A DNA stretch of 64,000 nucleotides from Tubiluchus corallicola (Eukaryota; Animalia; Priapulida), in assembly GCA_030141605.1 (NCBI GenBank), contig JAQGDQ010000395.1, forward strand, positions 150,997 to 214,996, in the 5' to 3' direction. The translations under genes and the position numbers were made by a program. Under the pieces are notes generated by a model, which saw nothing but the letters and a program-made list of their open reading frames with translations, made no database searches and was not told the origin of the DNA. This document shows, one piece after another, positions 1-13,535 of the stretch (within the stretch, counting starts at the first letter, position 1; each line of letters starts with the position of its first letter).

Positions 1-839
1 AAACTTGTAACTGTTATCTGCAGACTGCTATCTCAATTCAGATCATTTGATATTTTGTTATCTCTAGATGGCGTTTTCTTATTGTTCTTATTCTCTAAAA
101 CACTTGTCAACTTAATGAAGGATTCCTGTTGGTTATCAGGGCACTTTTGACGTTCAGGAGTAGGACTAGTCCCAAGGTTTTCGATAGACATTCGAGCAAT
201 CGTACGCTTAACTTCACCGCGCGATAAATACGACGCTGGCGAGTCGATCTGGCTTCCAAGCAGGAGAGATAAAGGCTTCAAAAACTGAGAAATCGCAACT
301 TGAAGGAAGCCACAGATTATCCCCCCGGTAGACGCTTATCTGATGGAGAAAAGTATCCGCTTTTTGTTCAGAGCAACCGCCACCGGCGACACGTCGTAGC
401 GTCGGAACTACAAATATGATTGATGACTTATCCATTGTTGCTACACACAGCACTCAAAGATCTACTGATTCTTGAATTGCACACGCCACGCTGATAAGGC
501 AAAAGTTATTTATATGTAAATAAAGTGGCATCATATGTCCCGAGAGCGTGTCTTCAAGTAAACTTTAGTTGGTTTCCATGCGAATGTAATAGATTATGTA
601 CAACATGCTAACAGGCGTGAAGATGCCGTCTATTTAAAATTATACTACACTACAGACACAGAGTGGAACGAAAACCTACACATAGTCATAAACAAGCAAA
701 TTAGTACCAATAAAAGCAATAGCTATGTCAGTTGTTACAGATAAATAAAAGCATAATGATTTCTGTGGACTGCTCTGCGATCAACTTAGCAAAACTGCGC
801 ACAACGTTTTGTAATATACGATATAAGCAGATTCATTAA

Positions 840-1539
840 AATGATGATTGTGCGTCTTGGTTGATGAAATGTCAAGCGTATGTTAAATACGAGAAAGTTC
901 TGACAAGTTGGAGATGTATAACAGCAATCAGCTATGAAATGATGCTCTTCATACGTATTATCTTATAAATATTTAAGACTAGCATGAGTGCTTGCATGTC
1001 ATTGGCACAAAAATTTGAAAACAATTGAACGTATCTGGAAAAAAAGATAGACCATATTTACATATTTTTAGACCATATTTACATGCAGCTCCAGTCAAGT
1101 GTAGGCTGAGTTCAGACCAGATGAGCTATTCTTAAAACAAAACCGGAACCCAATCTTAAACTCTAGGTCAAAACAATCTACTCCTTAAAACATTGAAAGC
1201 AAACATACTTTTTCAAAAACTGACTTTCTTGAAAGAATTATTACCACACAAACACGATTTTGCGTTCGCGCCATTAGTTTCTCGCTGTTACATGCATTTC
1301 GGAAACGCATTGTACAAAAAATAGGCGCTGTACCTCTCAGTTCAGCTGTGTTAGTTTGTGATGAAATTATGTTAGCTTGTGATGTCATCAATAGTTATGC
1401 TCGCCCGCCGTTAATTAAGTTTTTAATCTATAATTTAATTATCAGAAATGCATTTGCAGTATTAATTCCGTTAAAATGTACACTTTTATCGGATTTGAAA
1501 ATGGGGTAGTATATGAAAAATCATCCTGTCTTCCTTTAA
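840..1539 (+). repeat. Left arm of long inverted duplication (partner 11444-12362)
   Basis: 840-1135 is the near-identical reverse complement of 12067-12362 and continues into the shared TTAA MITE. Confidence 0.85.
1136..1535 (+). mobile_element. Non-autonomous TTAA-flanked DNA transposon (Kolobok-like MITE family A), internally deleted copy
   Basis: TTAA at 1132-1135 and 1536-1539; termini A(A/G)CAAAACCGGA...TCCTGTCTTCCT form imperfect TIRs; homologous copies at 11448, 16175, 18106, 52990. Confidence 0.75.
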
Positions 1540-1595
1540 CTTAAAGATTCGGGTTTGTTTCTAAGAATACTGTATTATAATTACAAGTATTTAAT

Positions 1596-1901
1596 ATTGT
1601 TTCAGTATAGCACAGTGGTTTGCATTTATAAAGCAGCTTGCCAACTATTGTTTCAGTATAGCACAGTGGTTTGCATTTATAAAGCAGCTTGCCAACTATT
1701 GTTTCAGTATAGCACAGTGGTTTGCATTTATAATGCAGCTTGCCAACTATTGTTTCAGTATAGCACAGTGGTTTGCATTTATAAAGCAGCTTGCCAACTA
1801 TTTTTTCAGTATAGCACAGTGGTTTGCATTTATAAAGCAGCTTGCCAACTATTGTTTCAGTATATCACAGTGGTTTGCATTTATAAAGCAGCTTGCCAAC
1901 T
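1596..1901. repeat. Minisatellite, 51-bp unit x6
   Basis: Unit TATTGTTTCAGTATAGCACAGTGGTTTGCATTTATAAAGCAGCTTGCCAAC; explains repetitive ORF 1555..2070. Confidence 0.95.
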
Positions 1902-3487
1902 AATAAAATGTTATAGAAGACCTCTGCGATATTCAGTCATGCAAATGTCATTTTTAATTGCTTCACCTGACCCGCAGAAAGAAACTCTACCTTGCTTTCG
2001 AATTTTACAAAAATTACGTCTGCTTAAACTTCTGACATTTTGTCTCACTTTGCAGACTGCTGATGGATGATGGTAAAGTTAAGTGACTTGAAGATGGTAT
2101 AATTTCCATTTTCTTTTATACCTAAGTTATGTGTTTTTTGTCAAAGTGGTAAACACTGTCACCATTGATTTTAGCTATGTGCGATTGTAAGAAAAAGATG
2201 AAAAATTAAGTTACATATTGCCACTGAGAAGAGAACTGCCAATAGACCCAACTTGTGAAAGTAACGTGCAACTGCAACTACATCACTAAGATGAAGAAAA
2301 TAGCTGAGTGGTTACGATACTGCTTTGTGATCAAAGCAACACTGGATCTGCAAGCAAATGAATAGACGACCAGATGACTCGGTTTGGGGTGATTTTACTT
2401 AACGTATTACTTCTTACAATTCTTTCGATGAAGATGATGTATATGCCTGCAGACATGACTAAGACATTTCTCCCGGTTCATTATTTCACGTTATGCAATT
2501 AATTTTGATAATAATCTATGGTCCAGTCCTGCCACATTAATTAATATAATGTGTAGGGTGTAGTCCGTGTCCCACGTGATGCGAATGTTGAAAACTTAAG
2601 TGCTGAATACGGGCTTGCAGAGTGGATGCTGAATGGCATATCGAAACAGTAACTAGGAACTATACTAATTATTTTCAAAAAGTAATTAGTATAATATTAA
2701 TTAACTGGTTCTAAGATATTTAATACTTGAATGTCTGTGTTAATGCACTCATTATAATGCGAGCCTCGAGAATCTACGTTATTGATTTTCGAGTTTTCAA
2801 ATACTATTGCCATTTCAGAGGCTTTATAGCATTTTAACTGTGTGCGTGCCTTGCAAAAACACTCTCGTGTAAAGCTTGGAAATCCATACACACATTGTCA
2901 TATATTTCACATTATTTTAAAAGAATTGACAGATTATTCAATGGGAAAAAATTGCTGGCTTTCCGAAAGGGCGGATGAAGGCGGAACGCGCGCCCCCGCG
3001 ACAGACAACCTCCAACCTCCGAGACTTTCAGCGAGCGCACAAACCTGGTTCACATTTGAGCGTGTAAATTACTTGGCCAAGAACATGTTTTACCTTTTCT
3101 GTTAAACCAGAGATACGTTTTTTCGAAAAAAGTCACACATAATGGACATGCCGCTGAATCGTCTGAAAATAAACGACTTACTTATACAGCAGCTAATAAA
3201 CCAAATTGACTTCATCTAGAGAGTTGAGTCTGAGCAATTTATCTTTTTAATTTGCATTCGGCTCATTGAAACGCATCTTTTGGCAGATGGGTGAGTGGTT
3301 ATTCTCCACTCATTAGTAAGCTAACGTTTGAGTCAACTAACTGCAATTCTATGACCTGAGCTATAATACTAAAGCTAAGAGGCATTTTTGTAACAATGTT
3401 TAGATGAATTCCTTGTTCCTCTTTTCACTCAAATTAAAAGACTACCACGAATCTCTGGAACAATAGGGATAGCAGCTGTGGATTTAA

Positions 3488-4115
3488 AGGACCAGAAAAG
3501 AGGGACCCGAAGTAGGTTTCAGAAAAATCGCCTTAAAAATTATGTTACTTTACAGCAATTTTATGCGTATATCTTTGTTTTTCTTTGTTTTCATTTTAAA
3601 TCTCCCGAAATATTGTTCCGACCGCGCCATTCGTGACGTCATATACGCACAACGTAAATCAGGGGAAGAAAGGAAATGTTAAACTATGACCCAGAAAAAC
3701 TTTCCATGCGAAATTATATTATCTAGAAAAGAAAATTATTGTTTTTTTAAATGTTTTCACCAATTTGTAAAATGTCACTGACTCACCTCCAGGATGCACC
3801 ACTCAGTAACCAAAAAATGTATTTTTAATCTTATTGACAAGATACAGTAAATTAAAATTTCACTTAGTTAGTGACGTTTGCGAAACGAATGCCCTGATTA
3901 TTTTTAAAACTTTACACCGTGTTATCTAAACTTGTTTCAAACGACTTACGGTCAAAATGGCTGCGTCTATTGGATATCGCGGAAGTTTAATTTACATGTC
4001 TTATGCAGTGTTACTGCCGATGCAAGCCCTGTATACAAAAAGGCAGTGTGAAAGTGGTATAAAAATTCAAAACGAATTTTTTAAGCATTGTGAAAGTGAA
4101 GGGTATTCTTGTCCT
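3488..4115 (+). mobile_element. TTAA-flanked MITE (Kolobok-like family B)
   Basis: TTAA|AGGACCAGAA...TTCTTGTCCT|TTAA; internal segment 3590-3740 recurs at about 33130-33320. Confidence 0.7.
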
Positions 4116-4635
4116 TTAACTTGTAAATGAAAAATAATACATTCCTGTCTGGATCCAATACGCAGTTTTGTGGATCTATTTGCAATACGGATCGAATTTC
4201 GTACGCATTTCCGGTATATGAAGATAGCCCTTGTACATTTCATGAAAAAACACATTTTGCAAGTTTTACAATTTCGTCAAGCCGTGTCAAATGAAATGCA
4301 ACCTGCCTTCTCGTGAATTGACCGAATTTGACATACCAACCATAAGTCACGGCGAGAATTCTTCCAGAGAAACCAGATCGCGCAACATTTCCTTCTAAGT
4401 TTGAGAAGTTAAGCTGTCTGTGTTCCATGCAGTAACCTACCATTAGCAGTGACCTGACAGACGTTTTGTTCGTAATTCGAGACGTTTGACTGCATGTAAA
4501 TTTACTGATGCTCCTAGAGCACGTGGAAATGTTCTAGAACATGTTTTGATGATCAGCCTTTATTTAATAATATATCTTTGGTGATTCCTCTAAAAAAGTT
4601 AGCCCATGTACTGACAATGCGCAATGGCGTATGTG

Positions 4636-4775
4636 CAGCTGAGATGAACAACAGGTGCTTAGCGTAAGCACAGCAACCTCCAGCTGAGATGAACAACAGG
4701 TGCTTAGCGTAAGCACAGCAACCTCCAGCTGAGATGAACAACAGGTGCTTAGCGTAAGCACAGCTGGCTGAGATG
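4636..4775. repeat. Minisatellite, about 46-bp unit x3
   Basis: CAGCTGAGATGAACAACAGGTGCTTAGCGTAAGCACAGCAACCTC repeated. Confidence 0.9.
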
Positions 4776-4873
4776 AAATGTCAAACAAGCATGCACGCAA
4801 CAAGCTTCAGGTGCATGTACCACTTGAGGAGACGCCAATCATATCTTCGTTAACTGAATTATGACAAAGCTGT

Positions 4874-4950
4874 ATATGCCATGATCATCAACGATATTTC
4901 CTCTTTCTGCCTAATGAGCGTCGTTAAGTACCTAGTCATACAGTACTTAC

Positions 4951-4991
<41 letters not shown>

Positions 4992-4992
4992 C

Positions 4993-5027
<35 letters not shown>

Positions 5028-5043
5028 CGATGATGATGACGAT

Positions 5044-5084
<41 letters not shown>

Positions 5085-5166
5085 TGACGATGATAATGAT
5101 GATAAATCATTATTTGCACAATATATACATTATGTAAAATTATTAAAAATTAAAAAATTAATTATT

Positions 5167-5222
<56 letters not shown>

Positions 5223-5491
5223 GCAACGCCTCTATTTGCAGACCGATAATTCTGCACTGTATCATATATACAACACAGTCAATTAGAATTATGTCCCTAA
5301 TACATGTACCACAAACTTGCTTATGAAACGTTTTAGCAATTAGATATAGATCCAGAGTGCATTCACTGGGATTATTTAGATTATACAATTATGAAAGTAT
5401 TAAAAATTAAGAACTTTTCTACAAGCACACTTTACTTACAAATATATAAAAACAAGGAGTTTTGCTCAAATTTAGGATAAAACCAGGATAA
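4874..5491 (+). repeat. Diverged direct duplicate A (partner 7464-8077) carrying (GAT/GAC)n and (TA)n microsatellites
   Basis: Shared flanks ATATGCCATGATCATCA, AAGTACCTAGTCATA, CATTCACTGGGATTATTTAGATTATAC, ACCAGGATAA; (GAT)n 4951-5104, (TA)n 5171-5219. Confidence 0.85.
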
Positions 5492-5611
5492 AAGAATTAC
5501 AAGAATTTGTGTAAAGGTCATTCATTATGGCAGACTTTTGCACAATAAGGACTAACCAGATAAGGCATCTTCTGTTAATTCTGTAGACTTCTTGGCGTCT
5601 GATATACAATA

Positions 5612-6167
5612 GCTGATGTTGTTGTTGGCATCCTTCTGTCTCGGAAGACAATGGAGTGTGTGCCAAGAGAGTCAGTTATTGATCACATTGATGGAGCTGC
5701 AGCGTCGACTGTGGCTGAGCAATCCGATCCTTGAAACGTCTCCAGGGCGCACGCCTGGGCAAGGTGTATGGAGTTCCTGAGTTGCCCAGACAACAGGAAC
5801 CCCCTCTCTTCTTCCCTGGTGTAGTCCAAAGGAAAGCAGAGCGATACGTTTGGCACCAGGTTGGCTGCAGGAGCTGCCGGAGTCAGTGAGCATGCTGGAC
5901 TGGTCCGCCTTCGGGGCTCCACTCCTGATTTGGAAGGTTTACTCCTCTACGCATGGCCGTTGGGTCACTTGACCTCCTCCGCCCTCTATCCATTGACTGC
6001 TTGTGCAGCTCCTCCGCCTAGTGTCAAGATACAGTGTGGGCATTCCGCAGGCCTAGAGCACCTGGTATTCCTAGGCGGTCACCCATCCAAGTACTAACCA
6101 GGCTCTACGTTGCTTAACTTCGGTGATTAGACGAGAACCGGTGTTTTCAACGTGATTTGGCCGTAGT
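5612..6167 (-). mobile_element. 5S rRNA-derived SINE (SINE3-type), apparently full length
   Basis: Minus strand starts with a 5S rRNA-like head, then a GC-rich body of about 430 nt and a (CAA)n tail; flanked by TGATATACAATA (5600-5611) and TGATACACAATA (6168-6179), a TSD with one mismatch. Confidence 0.85.
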
Positions 6168-6168
6168 T
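6051..6168 (-). pseudogene. 5S rRNA-derived sequence (SINE head; Pol III internal promoter)
   Basis: Reverse complement reads CTACGGCCAAATCACGTTGAAAACACCGGTTCTCGTC...GAAGTTAAGCAAC...GGTTAGTACTTGGATGGGTGACCGCCTAGGAATACCAGGTGCTCTAGGC, colinear with metazoan 5S rRNA. No oligo-T terminator follows, so this is not a free 5S gene. Confidence 0.9.
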
Positions 6169-7463
6169 GATACACAATAACAATATACAATACTGGTAAT
6201 TATACATTTTTAATAGTAATTTTTAGTAATCTTCGAACCAAGTAATATGTAAAAATTCAACGCTCCTTATCAATAGACTACGGTGGCAATTTTTTCAACG
6301 TGTTTTTGAGCCTGCTGTTTAAACCTTGACTAACCAAGGTTTGCAATCTCGCTTTAATTAACGTCATAACTATGAATAATAGTTAGTATGCCAGTTAATT
6401 AAAGTTAAATATTTTCTACTTACTTGCTCTAACGATAAAAAAGAAACATAAAAAAGGTTCATAAAATTTGAAAAAAAAACGGCTGATTTTGAACCTGTTC
6501 TGATATTTTGTGGCTGTGAAAAAAAGAGCAAAGCGCATCCTTCACTTCCGTTATGCACCTTCACGTTTCCCTACCTGTTAAATTTGGTCTTGCCCCTTTA
6601 ACTGTCATCTGTCATGTGACCAGGTAGTTGGCCAGGTAGACATTACCTGGTATGCATTCAAGTTGATCTGATGTGAATGTTGTGAATTGATTTCTATTGC
6701 TTTTTTGCAAGTTATAAGCGTCAAAACTCAGGGAGACCACGTGTAAGTGTCTAATTATCTTTACTGAACTGCTTTATACAATTAGGGCTATTGCACTGTG
6801 ATTTTTTTGTACAATTATAGACGAAAATCACGTAACCTAATTTAGTAATTTACCTGCATCAAACTTATGTTTTTCGCTAAAAACTTATTGCTGTAATTTA
6901 TTATTATTACAGACAATTTCTGCATATTAAACATATTTGGATGTTCTGGAGTTTAAATGTAGTACAACTTCTCCTGTTATTATTGTGTTAATGGCAGCAT
7001 CCCGTGTAACATTTGCAAACACGACAACGTCATAAGTTTGCATTCGCTACCCCAAATTGGATTGCTATTACGGCGAGCAAATATTTAAAATAAAGTGATA
7101 AACCGAGTTTTATAGACGTGTAAATAGCTGAAACTGGCTAAAAGTTTGCTGACGGTGTCTGTGAATTGGATTTGAGCGTCATTTAGATATTTAAACTTGA
7201 TTTGAAACAGGAGCAACATGAGATTAAAAGCAAAAAGGCAAATCTTGAAACTGAGGTATTGTATCCGAATCCTGGTTAAAGCATCAGGCTCACTGATCAT
7301 AGTAATTAATCAATAAAATAACACTGCCGGATACACATTCTCGTTCCAAACTGATTTAGAGAGGGTGGAGGGGGGTCAAGCGATACACTACAATGAAATC
7401 ACCAGAGTTAGAGGGCAGGTCTGCATGTGTTGTATTAGCGCTAGGAAAAATGCTGCTCAAGCG

Positions 7464-8077
<614 letters not shown>

Positions 8078-8384
8078 TTTTTTCCTGAGTTATACATATA
8101 TGTATATAAATGTATATAAATGTATAAATATAGCGTGAGCTAAAATTTATATTGTATTGCACGTTTGACCCTTTTACATCCCTTTACAAACTGATAGGAT
8201 AAAACAAACTACCTAGTAAAAAATGAAAGTACCTTGATGCTTTAGCTGACGTTGTCTTCTTCACACGTCAGGATTCTGGAGACACAAGCTGTGCCATCCA
8301 TCCACATGTCTTGGAGCAAGGGTCCATTTTGCTTAATTCCAACATTTGGGAATATGCGCACATTGTTCCCTTCAATATTAATTG

Positions 8385-8715
8385 TGGGAGTAACAAGAAG
8401 GGATAAAATCAGGAATAGTAATATTAGAGGAACAGTGAAAGTAGTGGAAGCCTCGAAAAAGATACAAGAGGCAAGATTGCGATGGTATGGGCACCTGAGA
8501 AGAAGAGTCGGGGAAGATCACGTGGGAAGGGAGGTCATGGAAATGGAAGTGCTGGGAAATAGAAGAAGAGGACGACCCAAGCTGAGATGGTTTGAATGTA
8601 TTAACGGAGACCTTAGAGAGAAGGACATAAATGAAGAGATGGTCAACAACAGGAATGCATGGAGACGACTTATTCACAACGGCGACCCCGCATAGGGAAA
8701 AGCTTGGAAGAAGAA
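8385..8715 (+). mobile_element. 5'-truncated RTE-clade LINE (ORF C-terminus plus (GAA)n tail)
   Basis: Encodes GVTRRDKIRN...RLRWYGHLRRR...RRRGRPKLRW...WRRLI, a typical RTE C-terminus; 20-bp TSD GTTCCCTTCAATATTAATTG at 8365-8384 and 8716-8735. Confidence 0.93.
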
Positions 8716-10449
8716 GTTCCCTTCAATATTAATTGCAGAGTAACAGAAACATGAGAGACACCTCTGCAGGCGCAGGTCTGCTGGTAGTACGATGCTTAAT
8801 TCTCACAGTGCCCTGGTGTTCAAAATTTAATGTGTTTCCTTCAAACATTTACTGCTCGACTTATAAGGTCTACGCAGCATAAGCTTTAATTTTTGTCATG
8901 AACTTCCACTTTGCGACTCGGATGGGACTCTCTACATGGAAAAACACATAGCATCTATCTTATTTAGTGAAATGGATACAAAACACCAATTTAACGTGTT
9001 GACCAAAAGTGTCTTTATTCTGAAAGACAATTATTAACATTTAGTTTAACTTGCATTGAATAGAAGAAAATTAGTTGCATGATTAAATGTATTGCTATAA
9101 CTAAGAACTGATATAAAAATTATGTAGACTATATTGAAATTAATTAACAATAACTTACGTTGTTAGAGCCTTTAACAGTTACAAAGACAGGAATGAGAAC
9201 TCCAAGTAGCCTTAAGAACAACAATGTCACAACAATAAATTCGTAAGAAATTTACAGTCATAATGCTCATCACAGCCAGAAAAATAGAGCAATGGCGGAG
9301 AGAACCAAAAGACGGGTAAAATGTCATACAACTACTACAGCTATAGCTCACGAAAGGCCAAAATGCTAATGTATTGAAGGATATTAGGTGCTTCAATTTT
9401 AAAAGAGTGACTACTGTAAAAAGCTAAATGCCTACTAAATAAACAAACAGGTGGCAGCATCGTGGCAGTAATTGAGAACTAAACTAAAACCAAAAAAAAG
9501 GGGGGTATGCACCCACTACGTTTACCCTGTATCCCAAAGGTTCATTCATAATTTTCTGTTTATTTACGCAGAACACTCGTGGGCATAGACTCACTTTCTG
9601 AAGTATGAAAACTTCTCTTACACTGACTCAAGCTTTTTATCCTGGAATGGTAGGACTCATAAGACCGGATACATCATCCCATTTTACTTCAGATGCATGC
9701 TTAGTTACATTTCATAGGGCTGTGACATTCAGGATAGGCAAGCAAGCGCTGATACCAACTCCCAGAAGACAGGTGAACATCTAGTTCTTTTAACAAACGC
9801 ACTTCGTTACTGCTTGTTTGCAGTAACAGCGCGTCATTGACTTCAGTTTGTGGAATAGGTCGAGAAGGATGGGTTAAAAATATGGATAAACACGAATTTC
9901 TCGCGAAGTAAGCAAAAGATCACCGGAAATTCTAATTTGAAGACAGAATTCCGTTGAGTTTCAGCGTTCTCAAGGATTTTCATCTTAGTTAGCAAACATT
10001 GTAACTCGCGTATCACTACAATAATCTACACTATATGAATAGAAAGTAACAGCTAGACAGGGCATATCCTATCTAAGATCTTATCTTAGATCCCATCTAA
10101 GTAATCGATACGGAGATGTCGAGCACATAATGTGGGGATGAGCAGATTACTCATTTTGCACTATGAAACGGTTCACTCAGAAGGCTCTTTGCACTTTATA
10201 GCAACCATTTTTGCTATTATGTCCTGCTTATATTGCAAATTGAGGCTGCTTGTTTTTCTACTAAAATTTCGTCTACTAAATTTTCATCTAACTTCTGCAC
10301 TGTCGCGTTTACTACACAAACAAGAACAGGTTCATAACTGATCTCGCATGTGGATTTTTTTTGGGCCACATCTTCGTGTACTCGCAGACATTTTCTGACT
10401 AGTGTTAATGGGCTTATGGTTACAGTTTTACAGACCATTAAATCACCCC

Positions 10450-10507
10450 ATGCAAAAATATGTGTATTCTGATTATTCTGATGATAATGATGACGATGAC
10501 GATGACG

Positions 10508-10539
<32 letters not shown>

Positions 10540-10900
10540 GATGATGATATGCAAAAACATGTGTATTCTCATTATTCTGATGATAATAATGACGTTGATA
10601 ATGATAATGATGACGATGACGATGACGACGACGACGATGATGACGATGATGATAGTGGTGATGATGATGATGATGAGGATGATGATGATGATGATATGCA
10701 AAAACATGTGTATTCTGATTATTCTGATGATAATAATGACGATGATGATGATAATGATGACGATGATGATAGTGGTGATGATTATGATGATGATGATGAT
10801 GATGATGATGATAATGATGATGATGATGAGGATGATGATGATGATGATATGCAAAACACATATTCTCATTATTCTGATGATAATGATGACGATGATGATA

Positions 10901-10932
<32 letters not shown>

Positions 10933-10974
10933 GACGATATGCAAAAATATGTGTATTCTGATTATTCTGATGAT

Positions 10975-11005
<31 letters not shown>

Positions 11006-11180
11006 ACGACGGCGACGACGATGATGATGGTGATGACGATGATGGTGATGATGATGATGATATGTAAAATATGTGTATGCTGATTATTCTGATGATAATG
11101 ATGACGATGATGATGATGATGATGACGACGACGACGACGATGATGATGATGATGATATGCAAAAATATGTGTATTCTGAT
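10450..11180. repeat. Higher-order microsatellite: (GAT/GAC)n blocks separated by spacer ATGCAAAAAYATGTGTATTCTSATTATTCTGAT
   Basis: Seven spacer copies (about 10450, 10548, 10696, 10848, 10938, 11062, 11157) separated by variable GAT runs. Confidence 0.92.
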
Positions 11181-11447
11181 TAGCACACAATTATCTTTGA
11201 CGTTCGCAGAAACACAAAGTTAAGTTGAAGTGATAACTCTTCATAAAGCAATTCCCTTTTGTCATCTGCATTTTCCTTTATCTTACTACGAATCATTTCC
11301 CTGCCCTAATGTAACTTTTTTGGACTTTCAGAAATTCTTCATTTTGGAGTTCTTCCTTATATATCCATTAAAACAACCCGAACGTGAATTTTCTTCTGTT
11401 TTTTGTTACGTGGACAATATCGATACAGGTATGAAAACAATCTTTAA

Positions 11448-12066
11448 GGGAAGACAGGATGATTATTCATGTACTACCCCATTTTCAAATGAAATAAAAG
11501 TATGCATTTTAACGCAATTAATACTGCAAAAGCGTTTCTGGATATTAAATTACAGACTAAAAACTTATTTAACGGCGGACGAGCCCAACTATTGATGACA
11601 TCACAAACTAACATAAGTTTCAACAGCAAAAACATTCCACTATCGTGTTGCACGTGTTTGTGAAAGCGAAAATTGAAGTACAGTGCTACTGTAAGATATT
11701 CAGTGTGTTGTACTAAAACTTGGCAGGTTTTGAGATAAAAAAATTTCAAATTTACCGCTGTGCTCACGCATGACGAACGTGTGTTGTTCGTCACAAACTA
11801 AGACATCTGAACTGAGAGGTACAGCACTTTCTTTTTGTGCAATGCGCTTCCGAAATGCAGGCGCTAGTGCCGATATTTAATAATCGAAATAACGAATGGC
11901 GAAATACGTGTAACAGTGAGGAACTAGTGGCTTGAACATGAAATAGTGTTTGTGTGGTAATAATTCTTTCGCGTAAGTAATTTTTGAAAAAAAAGTATGT
12001 TTCTTTTCAATATTTTAAAGAGTAGATTGTTTTGACCTACAGTTTAAGATTGGGTCCGGTTTTGCT
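11448..12066 (-). mobile_element. TTAA-flanked MITE family A, full-length copy
   Basis: TTAA at 11444-11447 and 12067-12070; reverse complement of copies at 1136 and 52990. Confidence 0.8.
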
Positions 12067-12362
12067 TTAAGAATAGCTCATCTGGTCTGAACTCAGCCTA
12101 CACTTGACAAAAGCTGCATGTAAATATGGTCTAAAAATATGTAAATATGGCCTATCTTTTTTCCAGATACGTTCAATTGTTTTCAAATCTTTATGGCAAT
12201 GACATGCAAGCACTCATGCTAGTCTTAAATATTTATAAGATAATACGTATGAAGAGCATCATTTCATAGCTGATTGCTGGTTATATATCTCCAACTTGTC
12301 AGAAGTTTCTCGTATTTAACATACGCTTGACATTTCATCAACCAAGACGCACAATCATCATT
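12067..12362 (-). repeat. Right arm of inverted duplication (partner 840-1135)
   Basis: Direct reverse-complement match read by eye over about 300 bp. Confidence 0.85.
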
Positions 12363-13535
12363 ATCATTATTTTGCTTTAAGAACGTAGATTTCTATATAG
12401 GCGCAATTTGTCCTATTGAAATAAAAATCTGGAGTTCTTAATTCGTTTCTTGAGTTCTCGTACACTGACTCTGCTTCGGTATAAAGTTTTAGTGACAACG
12501 CAAAAATCTCACGTTTCAGTTTTACCGTCAAGAAATAGCGAGTATAAGCTGACATTAAACGGTTTTTATTGCACCGTGAGCCGCTTATAACTCAGATTTA
12601 TGCGTACAGCGTGACATGGCATTACGAGCCTGAAATTATACACTTTATGATCAATGAAAACACGCTAATTATTCACATAACGAGAAAAACGCGAGCGACC
12701 ATAAAATAGTCGACGTGCGAAGATTTTATTTTGCATTAAAAATTAAAATTTTCTGTCCTATTACATCGTTTTTTCCTTATTGAAAGAGGTAAATTACCAG
12801 AGATTGCATTTTAAAACACAGTAGGCTTCGAAGTTCATCATGAATTTTATTGCAGCTCAGGCGTTTTTCAAATAATTTGAAGGAAGCTGTAACGAGCTGA
12901 CAATTAACCCAATAAGAATGTTTGTCATCAACTGAGATGACCCAATGCCTGGTTCTCGAGGCAGTCAACAAGCTGACCCGTTCCTTTCCATAACCTCAAT
13001 CATAAATGAAAATCATGAAGTTATAACGCTGTTCACTCCTTGAGGGTTTAGTCTCACAACTGTAAAATTGCAAAGCTGTGAAAGTAAAGCGAGCTCTTTC
13101 CCTAATACTACTCAACTAAACCGTGAAACCATTTCATAGATGTGCACTAAATCGGCGATAAGTCCCTAACAAAGGACTGGGTGTTATGTTTAGGATACCT
13201 GAAATGCGTTAGGGGAACAAGCAAAAGTAAACAAACGCAGAAATTTCGATAAACATAAAACATCTAAGCATTTGTTATGGCGCTCAATAAAGACATAGAC
13301 TTACGAAGCCTAAATTTTACGAAAATAAATAAAATACGCCCACAATTCATAACAAAAAGTTTATTGATTTAAAGTCAGAAAATGTCAATTATATATTACA
13401 GGATGATATTTTAGAATGAACATTATAGGAAGTTCGAAGAAATAATCAGAACATTTGTAGCGTACATTTCACTAACTAAGTAAAAGTATGAATCACTTTG
13501 TCAAGAAGACTGACAACATATTTTCTGCTCAGCTA

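Noticed and set aside
33-453. Short ORFs at the window start
   Set aside because: No recognisable motif, and stops in all frames within about 100 codons; cannot be supported without upstream context.
1555-2070. Repetitive ORFs over minisatellites (also 15092-15679, 27529-28061, 55782-56366, 57307-57653, 62715-63065)
   Set aside because: Fully explained by tandem DNA units; no domain or gene context.
4859-5137. Poly-His/poly-Met ORFs here and at 7393-7920, 17841-18181, 33364-33846 and 36929-37660, including a GTAAGT donor-like site after the His run
   Set aside because: Trinucleotide microsatellites are stop-free in several frames; the paralogous copy at 7464-8077 lacks the donor.
6051-6168. 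Functional 5S rRNA gene
   Set aside because: No T-run terminator, altered first bases, not in a tandem array; continues into a SINE body with a TSD.
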